The notes below the pieces were generated by a model. It had not been told where the DNA came from, ran no database searches, and worked only from the letters and a program-made list of their open reading frames with translations. Source: the human T2T-CHM13v2.0 reference genome, Homo sapiens. Taken from it: DNA of 64,000 nt. Within the stretch, counting starts at the first letter, position 1. Each line of letters opens with the position of its first letter. Below, in pieces: positions 1 through 14,483 of this stretch. The DNA lies in the NCBI RefSeq assembly GCF_009914755.1, contig NC_060925.1; one strand, 5' to 3'. The position numbers were made by a program, and so were the translations under genes.

Positions 1-353
1 ATCACAAAGCTTTTCTACTCAAATAGCCATCATATGTCATATTCTACTCATTGCTTCCACGAAATAAATAATCTCCCCAAAGATGGCTATTTGTTAAAAA
101 ATATGAAAGACCTGCAATAATCTGTTTTGATTATTTTAAAAAAATTAGGAAACAGAAATAATGATGTTTTGAAAACTTGAGCAATGGCTATAACTTGCTA
201 TTTAATAAGGAAATTTTCCTGTTTAAAAGACTCCAAAAATAATTGTATTGACAATAAATACAAGCAATACAACTTTTCTAATTTAGATTTCCTCACATCT
301 TTGAATCTTATTTAGCAGGAAAAAAAAATCAAGGCTGTTGATTTGTGTTGGTA

Positions 354-357
<4 letters not shown>

Positions 358-384
<27 letters not shown>
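358..384. repeat. Poly(T)27 tract
   Basis: Uninterrupted T run counted directly. Confidence 0.95.
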
Positions 385-3300
385 GCCTGCATGGAAATAT
401 TCATTCAATCAGACCACACTCCATTTATTAAGGTCTGTACTCAGGTGTTACCTCTGTCTAGAGGGGACAAATGTATCTAATCTCTACAAGGTAATTTGTA
501 AAATTGCAGTAGCCCAGAAAAGAAGTACTTCATTTAGAACACAGACAGACGGACCCATGAGGACTTTTAGCAGACAGACAGAGGGACCCACGAGGACTTC
601 TGACTGACAGATGGGTCACTGTTAGTTGCCCATATCAAAAGTACTTGAAATGTCATGGTTGTAAAATCATAAGAAAAAGAAGTAATAATAATGTTTGTAA
701 AACTACACATTAATGGATAATTAAGTTAACAACATACAACCACATTTATATTACATATGTGTTTGTATATATATATATATATATTTATACTAGTATCTTA
801 AAGACTGTACATACATCAGCTCATTTTTTTTCTATAAATCCTTATGAGGAAGATTCTGTTATATTTCCCATTTGAAACTGATATAGAGTAATTATATAGA
901 GAAGGTTGAATATTAAGCTATATGCTGGGATTCAAAATCGGATTTTTGTCATCCCCAAATCAATTCATATACTCACTCTGCTATGCTGAAATTATAAAAT
1001 CTGAATTATGAGTCTATATGCTCTTCTTGTGGTGAGCATATGATGAGCATAATATGTAAACTATAATTGTTCCAACTTTAAAATCATCTTCAGTTTTGCA
1101 TTTAGCTGTATAAAGTTGAATTCTAAAAAGTCATTAGATTGAAATTCAAATATGACCATGTTTAATATTTTTACCATAGTAGTACCATTCTATTAATGTA
1201 GGGCAGTGTATACATGAAATTACATATACCAAACAAATCTGCAACTAAATCTGACTTATGCTATGCCTGAAAAAGTGACATTTCTAGTTTTCAGACTAAT
1301 GAATCACTGGTATTATCATATTATCTTCATCATCACAACTATTTATAAAACACTAACATAATATATAGACAGTACAATTTCTATCTCCTGTCATTTTCAG
1401 TTTAAATTCTATGTGTTTACTTGCAAAGATTCATAAGTATATAGGTATTATAATATAAACCAAAAATAAAAGGAAAAACATACTCGAATAAGTTTTTAAG
1501 AAAAGAGATATTAACATCAGGTAGAATGAACTAATTTTACAAAATGGTGGAAATTTCTAAATTTGGACTAAACATCCATATATTTGAATTACTTATTTTC
1601 TTCATGCACTATTTTCAAGTGGAAAGAGACCAAATTGTTTTTGAAATTTCATATATACATACAATAATATAATTTAGAAAGTAAGACCTGAATCTTATAT
1701 CTGATGGCTGTTTGAGTATATGAATTAGATAAATACTAAATTTCATCCAATTCAAAGATTCCTACTCTACAGACTTCTAAATATTTTATTAAGTAAAAAT
1801 TGTTTCCCCTTTAACTGGTCAAAGATTGTAAAAGATAAACTGAGAGAGTAAGTTCTTTATTCATTAACATTTTAAAAACTAACTACACTTAATAGTAAAT
1901 AAATGTTTTATTTAAAACTTCATAGGGTTTCATGAAACTCTAGGATGCGAAGTAGCTTAATAAACTTATTTTTCACTACTCACTGTCATATTCACTAAGG
2001 GTTTCATTAAAGAATCCTTTCAACATTACTTTTCTTAATGTTTTAATAGCTTCTCCAACTAAAGAGCTGAAGTTACTCCAGGATTCAGAATGTGGGATAT
2101 AGTTTTACAAAGTTAAGCATCAATTTTTAAAAAAGGAAAGAAATTCCACTGATACTGTGCTTTTGTCTTACACATTTATGTTCCTGGAAAATAAGGTGTG
2201 GGTTACAAAAATAAATTATAATTTATTCATAATTCACATGCAACTTATGTTTATGAATAGTTTTATTTTTAAAATAATGCTTTTCAAGATTAGAAATTAT
2301 ATTAATATTTATTTGCCTAATGAATAAATAATTGTTTATCATCATGTGCATGCAATCAGTGTTGGATATTGGGATATCTGAGAGTATATTACCATTATAA
2401 ACTACCTGAATCAGTTTATTATTTACATAATCTAGCATGATATGATAGTTTAAAATATTTTATGTAGAATTAAAGGCTTTGGTACACACTAGTGGATAAA
2501 AGTCAGAAACGATAGCATCTCAAATAAATAATATGGAACTTTCACAAATGTTTATTATAATAATAATTTTAAATAAAACTACACTGTAGGATATATTTAT
2601 AAGTACAGGAATGAAATAGTCTAGCTGATGCTCTGAATGAACATTGTTCTGTTTATGAAAATACATACTGTCTGTATGTTTGTATATATATATGTGTGTG
2701 TACACATCTGTGTATGTATAGTCACACATCAAAAAATATAGCAAATCTCCAGGTGAAACTGTCTATTAATTTGTAATATATTACACAGCTTTACTTTGTT
2801 ACACCTTGACAAAGAAACGACTCAAATTGTTTAAAAACAATCACAGAAATAATAAATAATGTCTCGAGAGTGCATCCTTTAATGGTGTCAGAATTCAGGT
2901 CATTTGTTCTTTTAAAAAGTGACTAAATGAAAGTTAAAGCATAAGTTGTCATATCCAATGATTGGAGGACTAAAAGAATGTGATTATCATAATTAGTGAA
3001 ATATAATTTGATGGAAATATCTTACCATGATCTTTACATATTTTTTAAAGTGATTTAAACACTTAAAATTTATATTTTGCAATATGATCTCTATTTTACC
3101 TTAAAAAACATTCACAAAGAACAGAGGAAGGCAAAATATATGACTTGCGCATCTCTCTAAATTAACCTCCCATAGAATGAAATGAAGAAAATGTTCTTTT
3201 CTGCAAAGAAAATAATACAAACTACTAAGAGTTAAGCCGTTTGTCCTTCCCAGGAGAATAGCATGTCTGTGTTCAAATCAACCAATCCCTGTAAATGTTT

Positions 3301-3485
3301 CCCAGGCGTTACGGTCACCATTGTCTGGTCATTCTCTTACTGAACAATAGAAAACATCACCACTATACTCACAGAGGAAGAAACTAGGTCACCCTTTAGA
3401 GTTTTCAACTTTGCTTTATAACGTATTGCTATAAAGCGATATTTTTACTGTTGTTAACCCAGTTCATCTGATTTGTCAATATTCA

Positions 3486-3755
<270 letters not shown>

Positions 3756-5079
3756 TTAAATTATAAAAATGAGCTAAAATCATACAAAAAATGTAGGCTC
3801 ATTTATTAAGCAGCCAGTTAACAGGTGACTACTTACTCGTTACCCAACAGTACTAGGTACCCAAAAGGACACAAGCAGCATAAAATGCACAGTAGAATTA
3901 GCTGTCTGTGCTGATAAGGAAGTGCCCATCCTTTGCTTCACTTTGTGTTGTAGTAACAAAAGCTTAATCTCACCGTGTCCTGATGAAGGTATTTGATAGA
4001 GATTAGGGTGGGATATGGGGTAAGTAATAGTTTCCAAGTACATAAATGCTTTCTTCCAAAGTGGAATTCCATTTAAAAAAACTCCGCTCTAGTGATCCCC
4101 TGAGATTGACTGTAACAGGGTATGTCTACTAATTGAATGAGCGCTCCATCTAGAGCAAGTCAACGTCCTAATTGTAAAACACAATGTGCTTCTCTGTCTT
4201 TATTCACATTTATTTCAAGTGCTTTCATTATTTTTCCACTTTAATTTCAAGACAGTTATAGATCACTACTGTAGGCAGGATCCAAGACTGAGACACAATA
4301 TCTTTCCTTCTTTCCAGGGTTGGCAGATGTGGAAAACTGAAAGAAAACATAGTCAACGCATGTGTGGAATGAGACTCTCAATTCACTCTGCAGCTACTGC
4401 TCCAGCTAATTTAGAGCAGTGATGACAGGCTTGGCTGGGGAGACATGGCCAGCCCTTTGGAAATGCACATTCCCTAACCATACTGTAAAATGGTGGGTTT
4501 TATTAACAATGTATAGTGCTAACATAAACCATTAAATGAAGCCCACTCAATTCTGCAAGCCAGTCTGGTTTATATTTTATTTTTTTTCCAAATGAAAAGT
4601 GCTAGATTAATATTCCAGAAGTGTCTAGGACTAGATCCATAAAATAAAATACCCAAAAAGTTGCAGAAGCCCTCGTAAAATGTCTGTTTCATGTGACTTG
4701 GCATGGTGACCAAGTGTATTTCCATATACACTTAATCTTTGGTCTTTCCACTAGAACATTCAACTGGCATAGGTGTCTGCTTGGTTTGAATTGAGCAAAG
4801 ATTTATATAAGGAGCTACTTAATATAGTGAGAGTAAAATTTACACATACTTCATGCCAAGAAATCTGGGTCTTCACTTAAGCCATTCCCAGTATTATAGG
4901 TATGTGCTTTTCATTAACAGAAAATAAAAACAATTTCAATAATTAAAACTGATTAGAACTCTAAACTTGATATTTTTGTTTAATTAATGTAGGCTATGAT
5001 AATGATATGTCATAATCATGGTGTCATATATAATATTCAAAATACCAAATTAACATTTAGCCTGAGAGGCATTCTTAAT

Positions 5080-5780
5080 TATTCTCTTTTTCTCATACTA
5101 CACACTCCTATAGTCAGAAAATTCTATCAGTTCATATATTCAAAAGTATAAACAGAATCCAATATCTCTCAATTTAGTACAAGCTGCCATCTCTCACAGC
5201 TAGACTCCTAACTGGCCTCTGCTTCTACTCTTATGCATCCAGAGCCACCTTTTAAAAATCTAAGTCAGATCAAGGATCTGCATTCTTAAAACTATCAAAT
5301 ACAATACTCACAGTAAAAGCTGAAGCCATTATTCTGCTTCACAGGAGGGTCCCCTATCCTTCTATGACCTCATGAGCTCAGACGCCCCCTGGACTCCTGG
5401 CATCCCAGCCACAAGGCTGCCTCTTTTTTGCCCCTTGCACATGTTCTTCACCCAGGCAGGATTGTTCTTTCTCCACATCCCTACATGGCTATTCTCTCAC
5501 TTCCTTTGTGATTTTGCTCAATGCAACCTCACTGAAAAAAACATGAGTGAAACCTCATGTTTTACTTTGAGGATTCATTCATATTAAACTGTCCTATCTA
5601 AAATAGTACACTCTACATCTCTTATCTTGATTTATTTTCGTTCAAAGAACTATCAGCACTTCGCATATTTAAGCTCCAGGAGTGGAGGAACTTCACCTGG
5701 GTTGTTCATTGCTACAACTGCTGTGCTCTACAGACTGCCAGCCAAGCGGTGGCTAATAGAAAAATACTTATGGAATGAAT
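5080..5780 (+). mobile_element. L2 LINE 3' fragment
   Basis: L2-like motifs (ctcctaactggcctctgcttctactctt; ttgttcattgct...; ends atacttatggaatgaatg). Confidence 0.65.
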
Positions 5781-6683
5781 GTTCACTCATGATGAATGTC
5801 ATGATTGTTCTTTAAAAACATCAGAGTGTGCTTAAATACCAATATTTTTGCATCTAAATTATTATGGCAGTTGAGCTCAACAAGTATGTCACGTTTTAAC
5901 TGTCTCAAGTAAAAGTATAGGACCTACCTAGCACACAGTAAGCATTTAATAAATTGTTATTGAAGGAATATACAAATGAAAAAAATTAATACTACTAGGT
6001 ATTAATTGTATTCAACATATTATCAAGATAATATTTTACTACTGTGATATATGTAAATATAACTTCTGTTTGAAAATCAATTAAAAATATTTATTGAACA
6101 TTCTCCATTTTTTTATTTTTATTTTTTCATGTTTTACTTTAAGGATACATTCATAGTAAACACTACCTGCTAGTTTTGAATAGGATGTGGGCTGGGCTGC
6201 AATAAATTGATGTTTTTGTTTTTTTTTTTTCAGTTAGGAAAGCAGGATTAAGGAAAAATAAGGTGTGAATAATAAGATGAATTCAAAATATTTTCTACAT
6301 TTACCAAATATAGATTAAAACCTTAGCATGGAGTTTGCTAACAGTCAAAAAAAGAAACACAACGTGCTATTATATCTAATTTGTTTATAGGATAATAATG
6401 TAAATTAGTTGTAAAAGCCTAAAGTTGTAAAGTCTCAGTAAAACTGAGACTTGAGAGTTTCTCTGTGGTCCTGACAAAAATATAATGAGTGTCAATGATC
6501 ACTGCTACTTCCTTCTTATAGCTACAACCAAATGTGCTATTTTGGATAAAGCTGTTTTTAGAGGTCTGGATTCAGTGATAAAATATTGAGTAAATTTAAT
6601 AAGCATTAATTTCTATTTAGCTGCTCCATAAGTGAAAGGAAACAACCACAATACATAATTCAGAATTCGACATGATTTGCAAA

Positions 6684-6910
6684 AGAGCACAGTGCAAGCC
6701 TGACTTCCTGAGTTCAAACCCCATCTCTATCACTTTCCAACTATATGAACTTAGGCAAATTACTTAAACTCTCTGAGCCTCAGTTCCCTTACCAGGAAAA
6801 TTAGTTTGTTAACATTACTTTCTTAAAGGAATCAATAAAACTAAATGAGTTAACAATGTATAAAGACCTTAGTACATGGCACATATCAGCACTCTATAAT
6901 GCTTCCTCTG
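6684..6910 (+). mobile_element. MIR SINE
   Basis: cctgagttcaaacccc...ttaggcaaattacttaaactctctgagcctcagttcc MIR core. Confidence 0.8.
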
Positions 6911-6934
6911 ATCTCCAATATTAATATTATTAGT

Positions 6935-7500
6935 AAAACGTAAGTCAAATTAGATCATTCTTCTGCTCCAAAAGCCTCCAGTAACTTCCTGTTTCTCTCA
7001 GAGTAGAATCCAAAGTGCTTACGACCTCCTACAATGTGTTATACCATCTGGCCTCCCTCTGCTTCTCCATCCTCATCATCCCACTCTTCTCCTGCCATGC
7101 TGGTATCCTTGATGTTGCTTGGAACAAACTGGCCACACCCTGGAATCAGAGACTGTATTTGCTTCCTGCTTCTCCTGGAACACTAGTCTTTTAATGAACA
7201 GCATGGCATGCACTTTACCTTCTTTACATATCACTTTCTTAGTGGGATTTGGCTTGATGTCACTTCTTAAAACTACCCACCCCACTGCCACACCCTAACC
7301 TCTTTACTGCTCTCTTTTTCTTTCACACTTATTACCACCTGCTATACTACTTATTAGTAATTTATTTTGAAAACATTGTTTATTGTTTCCCTGTACACAC
7401 TATAAATTATGTCTTTATGTATTTTTTGCTCATTTATTTATCACCAGCCTCTAGAAAAACCTTATCACACTTCATAAATATTTGTTAAGTGACTGAATAA
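6935..7500 (+). mobile_element. L2 LINE 3' fragment
   Basis: agatcattcttctgctccaaaagcctccagtaacttcc... ending ataaatatttgttaagtgactgaat. Confidence 0.7.
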
Positions 7501-7548
7501 AAAAAATGATTTTGGCATAGCTAAAATATTGTATTATTTTGTTACTTA

Positions 7549-7785
<237 letters not shown>

Positions 7786-9203
7786 TTAGAAATTTCCAAT
7801 TTCCAATTTCTACTTTATTCCTAGATCACTGTGGTATTTTTGAAATTTCTACATGGCCTTTATAAATCAACTAACTTTGAATAGTAAACAGATTAATAAA
7901 TAAATAGGGGTCCTCCATTAAGGTTTCTCTTCAATTTTTATCCAAGCTATAGTCAAACTTTAAAGACACTCACTTAAAGTACTTAAAGCACAATGTTTAT
8001 GTGAAATTAAATTTGGTTTAGGCAACAGGATTATGATACCAGTAAATATCAAACACATAACCACCACTCTTAAAACATTTATTTAAGTGCTAATTTTGGC
8101 GTAAAGTTTGTATTTTTTGTCTTTGTCTAGTCCGTAGCCATACATGCCCACTTTAAAGAGGCATTGTAATGACCAATTTACAAACGTATTCTTTCTGTTG
8201 TTTCTTTAAAAGCTTAAGAGTTTTCGATTAGTTCTTAATATCAAACAATGCAGTTTCACTGTATATTGCTTCTTATTAAAGAAGCATATGTCATTATGAG
8301 CCAGAACTATTAGGTAATTGGCTAACTTGATTTTAAATTCAAGAAGGCAGACTCTTTTTCTTTTCTTCTCTCTCTCAATCATATGCCAAATATCTAGCAT
8401 ACAGTCTGATCTACATTGGTCCTTACTAAGCATCTGTTATATAAATATATCAGTTAAACAATTACCCTAAGTATATCTCAAATAATTAAGTAATGAGTAC
8501 TTATATTTTTATAAAACAGTGTATATTAAGTTGCGGGTTTTATTTTTCAAAATAGTTTTACAAATATATCTTATTTGAGCCTCTTACTACTCTGGCATAT
8601 AAATAAAGCAAGCATTATTATTTGAGAAATGAGATGCCTTTAGTTGAAAAGTTGTCTTTTTGCAAAACCATTGTGTATGTGCATGTGTAATCAACAATAT
8701 CTAGCCTAATATCAAGGCCTTCCTTTTTCAATCCATTCATTCCAAATTCTATTACAGGCAGTAGTATAAATCTATAAAAGAAATATGATTATGTCTGGCT
8801 TGGATTCAAGTTCAAACAATTGTAGGAGATCAGCAATTCTACCTCTAAGAATGTATGGGGAGAGGATGCTTATGTGTAAATGTATTGTACTTTCAAATCA
8901 CCAAAGTACTATTTATAATAATAAAATTTTATAATAAGCTGCAATGATTGAAACTGATTAAAATACAAATATGTATGGTATGTAATAGAATCGTATGCAG
9001 CCACTTAATGTAGCAGAAAGATGTTTTATGAAGTGGAAATTATTAAAACATATTACAAAAGAAAAAACAGCAAGAGGCATGAATACATTTTTATGCTATA
9101 AATGTATGCATAGACTAGTTAAGTGGAAGACAGTACAGTATCTCAATTGAAAGTTCTGAATCTTGTCAGATCATTTGGCTCAAATCCCAGCCCTACCACA
9201 TCC

Positions 9204-9875
9204 AAATAGGATTACATTTAACTAAAAAGTATTTACAAAGCAAAAGAAAAAATTAACAAAGTGAAGAGACAACCTTTAGAACAGGAGAAAATATTTGCAA
9301 ACTATACATCTGATAAGGGGTTAATATTAAAAACATGTAAGGAACTCAAACAACTCAATAGAAAAAAACAAGTAATCCAATTAAAAATGGACAAGATGTC
9401 TGAATAAACATATCTTGAAGAAGACATACAAATGGCTAACGGGTATATGAAGAAAATGCTCAACATCGTTAATCATTAGGAATATGTAAATCAAAACTGC
9501 AATGAGCTATTACCCCACTCCAGTATGAATGGTAACTATCAAAAAGTCAAAAGATAAGTGTTGGTGCAGATGTAGAGAAAAAGGAACTGTTTCATACTAT
9601 TGGTGAAAATGTAAATTAATACAGCCATATAGAAAATAGTAAAAAATTTCCTCAAAAAATTAGAGGTAGTGCCATCAATCGCACTACTGAGTATACATAC
9701 AAAGGAAATGAAATCAGTATGTCAAAGAGATACCTGCACTCCTATGTTATATTATCCATCAACCCTACTACTGGGTATATGTCCCAAGTAAATGACATCA
9801 GTATGTTGAAGGGATATCTGCAGTCCAATATTTATTGCAATATTATTCATAATAGCCAATATATGGAATCAACCC
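9204..9875 (+). mobile_element. Old L1 (L1M-type) ORF2-end/3'UTR fragment, inserted in a MIR
   Basis: gaaaatatttgcaaactatacatctgataaggggttaata...gaagacatacaaatggctaac. Flanked by MIR halves (ggctcaaatcccagccctaccac / ctagctatgtgttcttggcaa). Confidence 0.85.
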
Positions 9876-10734
9876 ACCATCTCCTAGCTATGTGTTCTTG
9901 GCAAATAAAATCCTACTTGCCCTTCCCATCCATTGGCTGGGCTAATAATTTAATCTGTCCCATGGAACTATTGTGGAAATTATATGAGACTGTATCATAA
10001 AGAAAGCAGTCAGATAATGTTGATTATATGGCTCTTATCACTTAAATATATAGTATTTAAAATTAGTTATATAAAATTAATGATTTTAAGTAACTACCAC
10101 ATTGGAATGCAGAACACACTGACCCTGAGATAATGAGCTAAAGTATAAAAATTGTAACCTGTAATCTGAGTAGTTCTAAAGGTTTTTAATTGGTATATTT
10201 TTCTTTGTTTTACTCTCTTCAAAATTCCCATCCCTTTTTCTATTAAGGATGCTTTAGGAAATGCAGCAGAGTGCACATAAATAGAAAAAGCAGCTTACCT
10301 TTTTACTTTTAATTTTTTTAAATCTATTTTTAAAATGTTTTATGGATTTAATAATCACTTTAACTTTTTTATTTTCAAAGTCAGAAAAAAAGTTCATTTT
10401 ATTCTTTATATTTTCAGTTTGTTCTTGTTCACCACAAAGTATTGCAAAACAGAAAATATATTGGAAGAATCAGTGAACAATCAAAATAAATGTATTTCAA
10501 TATATTTTAAAATGTCCTTCTATGAAAAGTGTACTGTGCTGTTTTGTAATGTTTTAATCCCTTGATTTATACTTGTTTTCTCTTGTTAGAAAACAGTTTC
10601 ATATGAAGATAGGAAACTCAAATTTCCTCAAGCAGAGATAATATAGGATAATATGAAGAATTTAAATGATAAATTGCTGCTGAGAAGATCCCAAAGTGCC
10701 AGAAAGGACCATTTGATGACATATAAAATATATA

Positions 10735-10840
10735 GAGCAGAACAGACCTAGATTAAATATTGACTGCACATAACTTGGTCAAGTCAGAGAGCCTCTGTGA
10801 AATTCAGTTTCCTCCTCTGTTAAATAAGGATGAGAACACC
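10735..10840 (+). mobile_element. MIR fragment
   Basis: cagacctagattaaat...ttggtcaagtca...tcagtttcctcctctgttaaataaggatga. Confidence 0.6.
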
Positions 10841-11602
10841 CATCAATTGACCAATCAATAGATAACTGGTATGTATCAAATGGAGGCAAGCACAGTTAAC
10901 AAGTTACCTGCTTTGAAAATATGAGGCTCGAAAATTGTCATTTCACCACTCAATTCCCTTTCTCCACATTATCATGATTTCTAGATAATTAGTGTTATTA
11001 GGTCAATTAGTGCTCTCATGGAAGGAAAAACAAATATTCAGCAAGTACTTTTCAGTACCATTATGAAAAACTGCCAGCTGATATTTTAAAAAAATCTCTA
11101 GTTTCAGGAGGGATAACTGTGAGATGTGACTAACTTTTCTTATATTTTAGATAAGAACGGCATGAAAAAATAATGCAAAATTATTTGCAAAGAAAAAGTA
11201 TCTCTTTCAACAGAAACATTTACCTTAATGTTAGGAAAATATGCACTAAGTATGTTTACATTCAAATGCCCATTAAATTAACTTAGAAAGTCATAAAGGG
11301 GAAAGATTCCCTCCTATACCCCAGTCACGATGAATAAGCTCTACCTAATTACAAGTAGAAATAGGCTAGATATAAAATGTTGTCTCCATATATTATGTAC
11401 AAATAATGAAGTACTAAATGTTCAAATAAGAATATTTTCACAGAAATGTGATTGTGTTGAATTAAGACTGGCAATTATCAAATTTTTTGTTATTTTCATT
11501 ACATTACTTTGGTGACCACAAGGTATTTGGTGTCTGATATATGAAAGAATTGCATTTTACCATATAATTGCACATTATCTAACCTGATAAAAATACTAAT
11601 TA

Positions 11603-11947
<345 letters not shown>

Positions 11948-12106
11948 TCATACCTTGAATCTATTTATCACTTGCCATGCTTCCCTAACATTTAGGTGGG
12001 AGTTTGGGGAGTGGGGCAGCAGGTAGTAATATAAACCATAACAACATTCTCAAATTCAAAATATCTCAAATCTGGAATCAAATTATGGTTAAGCAACACA
12101 GAAGGG

Positions 12107-12160
12107 GTGTCTGTGTGTGTGTGTGTGTCTGTGTCTGTGTGTGTGTGTGCGTGTGTGTGT
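12107..12160. repeat. Imperfect (TG)n microsatellite
   Basis: Direct reading. Confidence 0.95.
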
Positions 12161-12864
12161 ACATAGGCATATGTGCATCTGGAATTTAAAGTTTCCTATA
12201 TATGATTTATAAACATTCATATGTATCTCAATTATAATTTATAAAATATTTAATAATTCCAAGTAATAACATTATGTAGAATTAAAGTGAAAGCCAGCAT
12301 TTGTAAATATTTCATTTTCCAACAGAGTTACTAATAAACTATTCATAATCTAAACAGAGGTGATTTTGAAGATTCAAATGTACAATGGATGTTATATGTA
12401 AACTCTGTAAAATGTGCACCTACTTAGTCATTTTGTATACACAAGAGAAGTTGAAAGAAAGGTGTTAAAAAAATAGGTAGCACAATACAATGCCTTTTTC
12501 AGTGCTTTCCTGAGTTAGTTATTTACAAATTATATACAGGTACTTATATATGCACACAAAGGTGTATGTATGTATCTATCTATATGTAATTTATCGATTT
12601 TTATTATCTCAACTTACCAGTCACTTCATGGATATTACTCCATACTTCATTATTTAGGCTGAAAGTCCCTGGAGATGAGTAATTTAGTAATTGTGCCCCT
12701 TCACATTTTTTTTGTAGTCTTAGGGTATGTAAAACTAGGCTACTTTTTAGTGGAAGCATAAATTTCCCAAATCTAATTCATTCCAGGTACTTGGTAGTTA
12801 CTGTGACGTGGTCAATATAAAATATGTTTGGAACCTTAAACTTTCCCTTTGTAAGTGTGACCCA

Positions 12865-13480
12865 TTTGTATAAACAGCTTTATCGGGTTATAATTCACAT
12901 ACCATACAAAACACCCACTTAAAAGCAAACAGTGGTTTTTGGTATATTGTACTATTATTATCTTTAATTGTGATCAATACATATAACATTAAATTTGCCA
13001 TTTTAGATTTTTTAAGTGTACAATTCAGTAGCATTAATTACACTCACAATATTGTACAACTATAATTATCTATTTCTGAACATTTTTCATCAACTCAAAC
13101 TTCATCACCATTATGCAATAACTCTTCACTCCTTCAACCTCCTACCCCCTGACAACCTCTTATATACTTTCTGTCTCTAGTTACTCATTCGAGAATTTTC
13201 ATTTAAGTAGACTCATACAGAAGTGCCATATGACCCAGCAATTCCACTCCCACATATATGCCTAAAATAATTGAAAGCTGGGACTCAATCAAAAATTTGA
13301 ACACAATGTTCACTGCAGCATTATTCACAATAGCCAAAAGGTGGAAACAATCCAAGTTTCTTTCAACAGATGAATGGATTAACCAAAAGTATCCAGCCAT
13401 AAAAAGGAAAGAAGTCCTGATACAGGCTATAACACGGATCAACCTTCAAAACAGTACACTACATGAAATATGCCATTTAG
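12865..13480 (-). mobile_element. Old L1 (L1MB-like) 3' ends; minus segment to ~13219 followed by plus-strand segment ~13220-13475
   Basis: Minus 3' end (tttaagtgtacaattcagtagcatt...). Plus segment ccatatgacccagcaattccactcc...ttattcacaatagccaaaaggtggaaacaatcc. Confidence 0.75.
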
Positions 13481-13635
13481 AAAAAAAAAAAAAAACACTT
13501 TATCTTTTTTAGATCTTCAAGTTGTCTGGTCCATAATTACATATATATTTAAGTCACTAAGCAAGTCAGGACATGAATAATGCAGTTCAAGTATTATTTT
13601 AAAAACAGACTTTAGAACCCATATTACTCAATGTA

Positions 13636-14483
13636 CAGTAAGTCCTCACTTAATATCCTCGATAGGCTCTTGGAAACTTCTACATTGAGCAAATCAACTT
13701 TAATGAAACCAATTTGACCATAGGCTCACTGATATAAACCAGAGTTAAGTTCCTACAGTCTATTTCTGATCACAAATACACCACCAAACTTCTAAATAAA
13801 GACTGAAAACACGTTTCATACTGAACATTGAACTAAATGTGAGCTACACATACATTTAAGAAAGATTAATGAAAAATGAAATAATTATTTATCCAATTTT
13901 TGGTGAATCAGTGAATGACGGTGGTCATAGTAGTGCTGGGTTAAATTAAGGTATAAACGTTTGAAAAGTGAAAATTGTAAGGAGCATGTCCTCCCACCAT
14001 GCAGTTCAGAATCAATCACAAATATGATGAGCTCTGAGTGCTTTTGTACTGCATTATTTATTATGTGCATTTGGATAATTATGGTAGAGTTTACAGATTT
14101 TTATTTGATAACAATTTGTATTCATTCATTCATTTGTTCATTCATTTCCAACCTGCTTATCCCAGTTCAGGGCCCCAAATGGCTGGAGCCCAACCCAAAC
14201 ATTCAGGACGCAGGGCGGGAACCAGTCCTGGACAGGACACCATCTCATGGTAGGGCACATATACCCACTCAACCAGACTGGGACCATTTAGAGACAGCAA
14301 TTCTCTGTACACATTTTGGGGATGTGGAAGGAAACCAGAGTGTCCAGTGAAATCCCACGGAGGCACAGGGAGAACATGTAATCGCCACATAGTGGCCCTG
14401 ACTGGGAACGGACTTTTTTTTTTTCTTATCAACATTATCACTGAACGAGTTGAACAAAACAACAGTATTTGAGGACCTGCTTG
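13636..14483 (-). mobile_element. MER6-like TcMar-Tigger non-autonomous DNA transposon (~850 bp)
   Basis: TA|CAGTAAGTCCTC left end and GAGGACCTGCT right end form imperfect TIRs. Interior matches recalled MER6. Confidence 0.8.

Noticed and set aside
6430-6452. Perfect 10-bp hairpin AAGTCTCAGT-AAA-ACTGAGACTT
   Set aside because: A stem of this length is roughly expected by chance in 64 kb; no supporting context.
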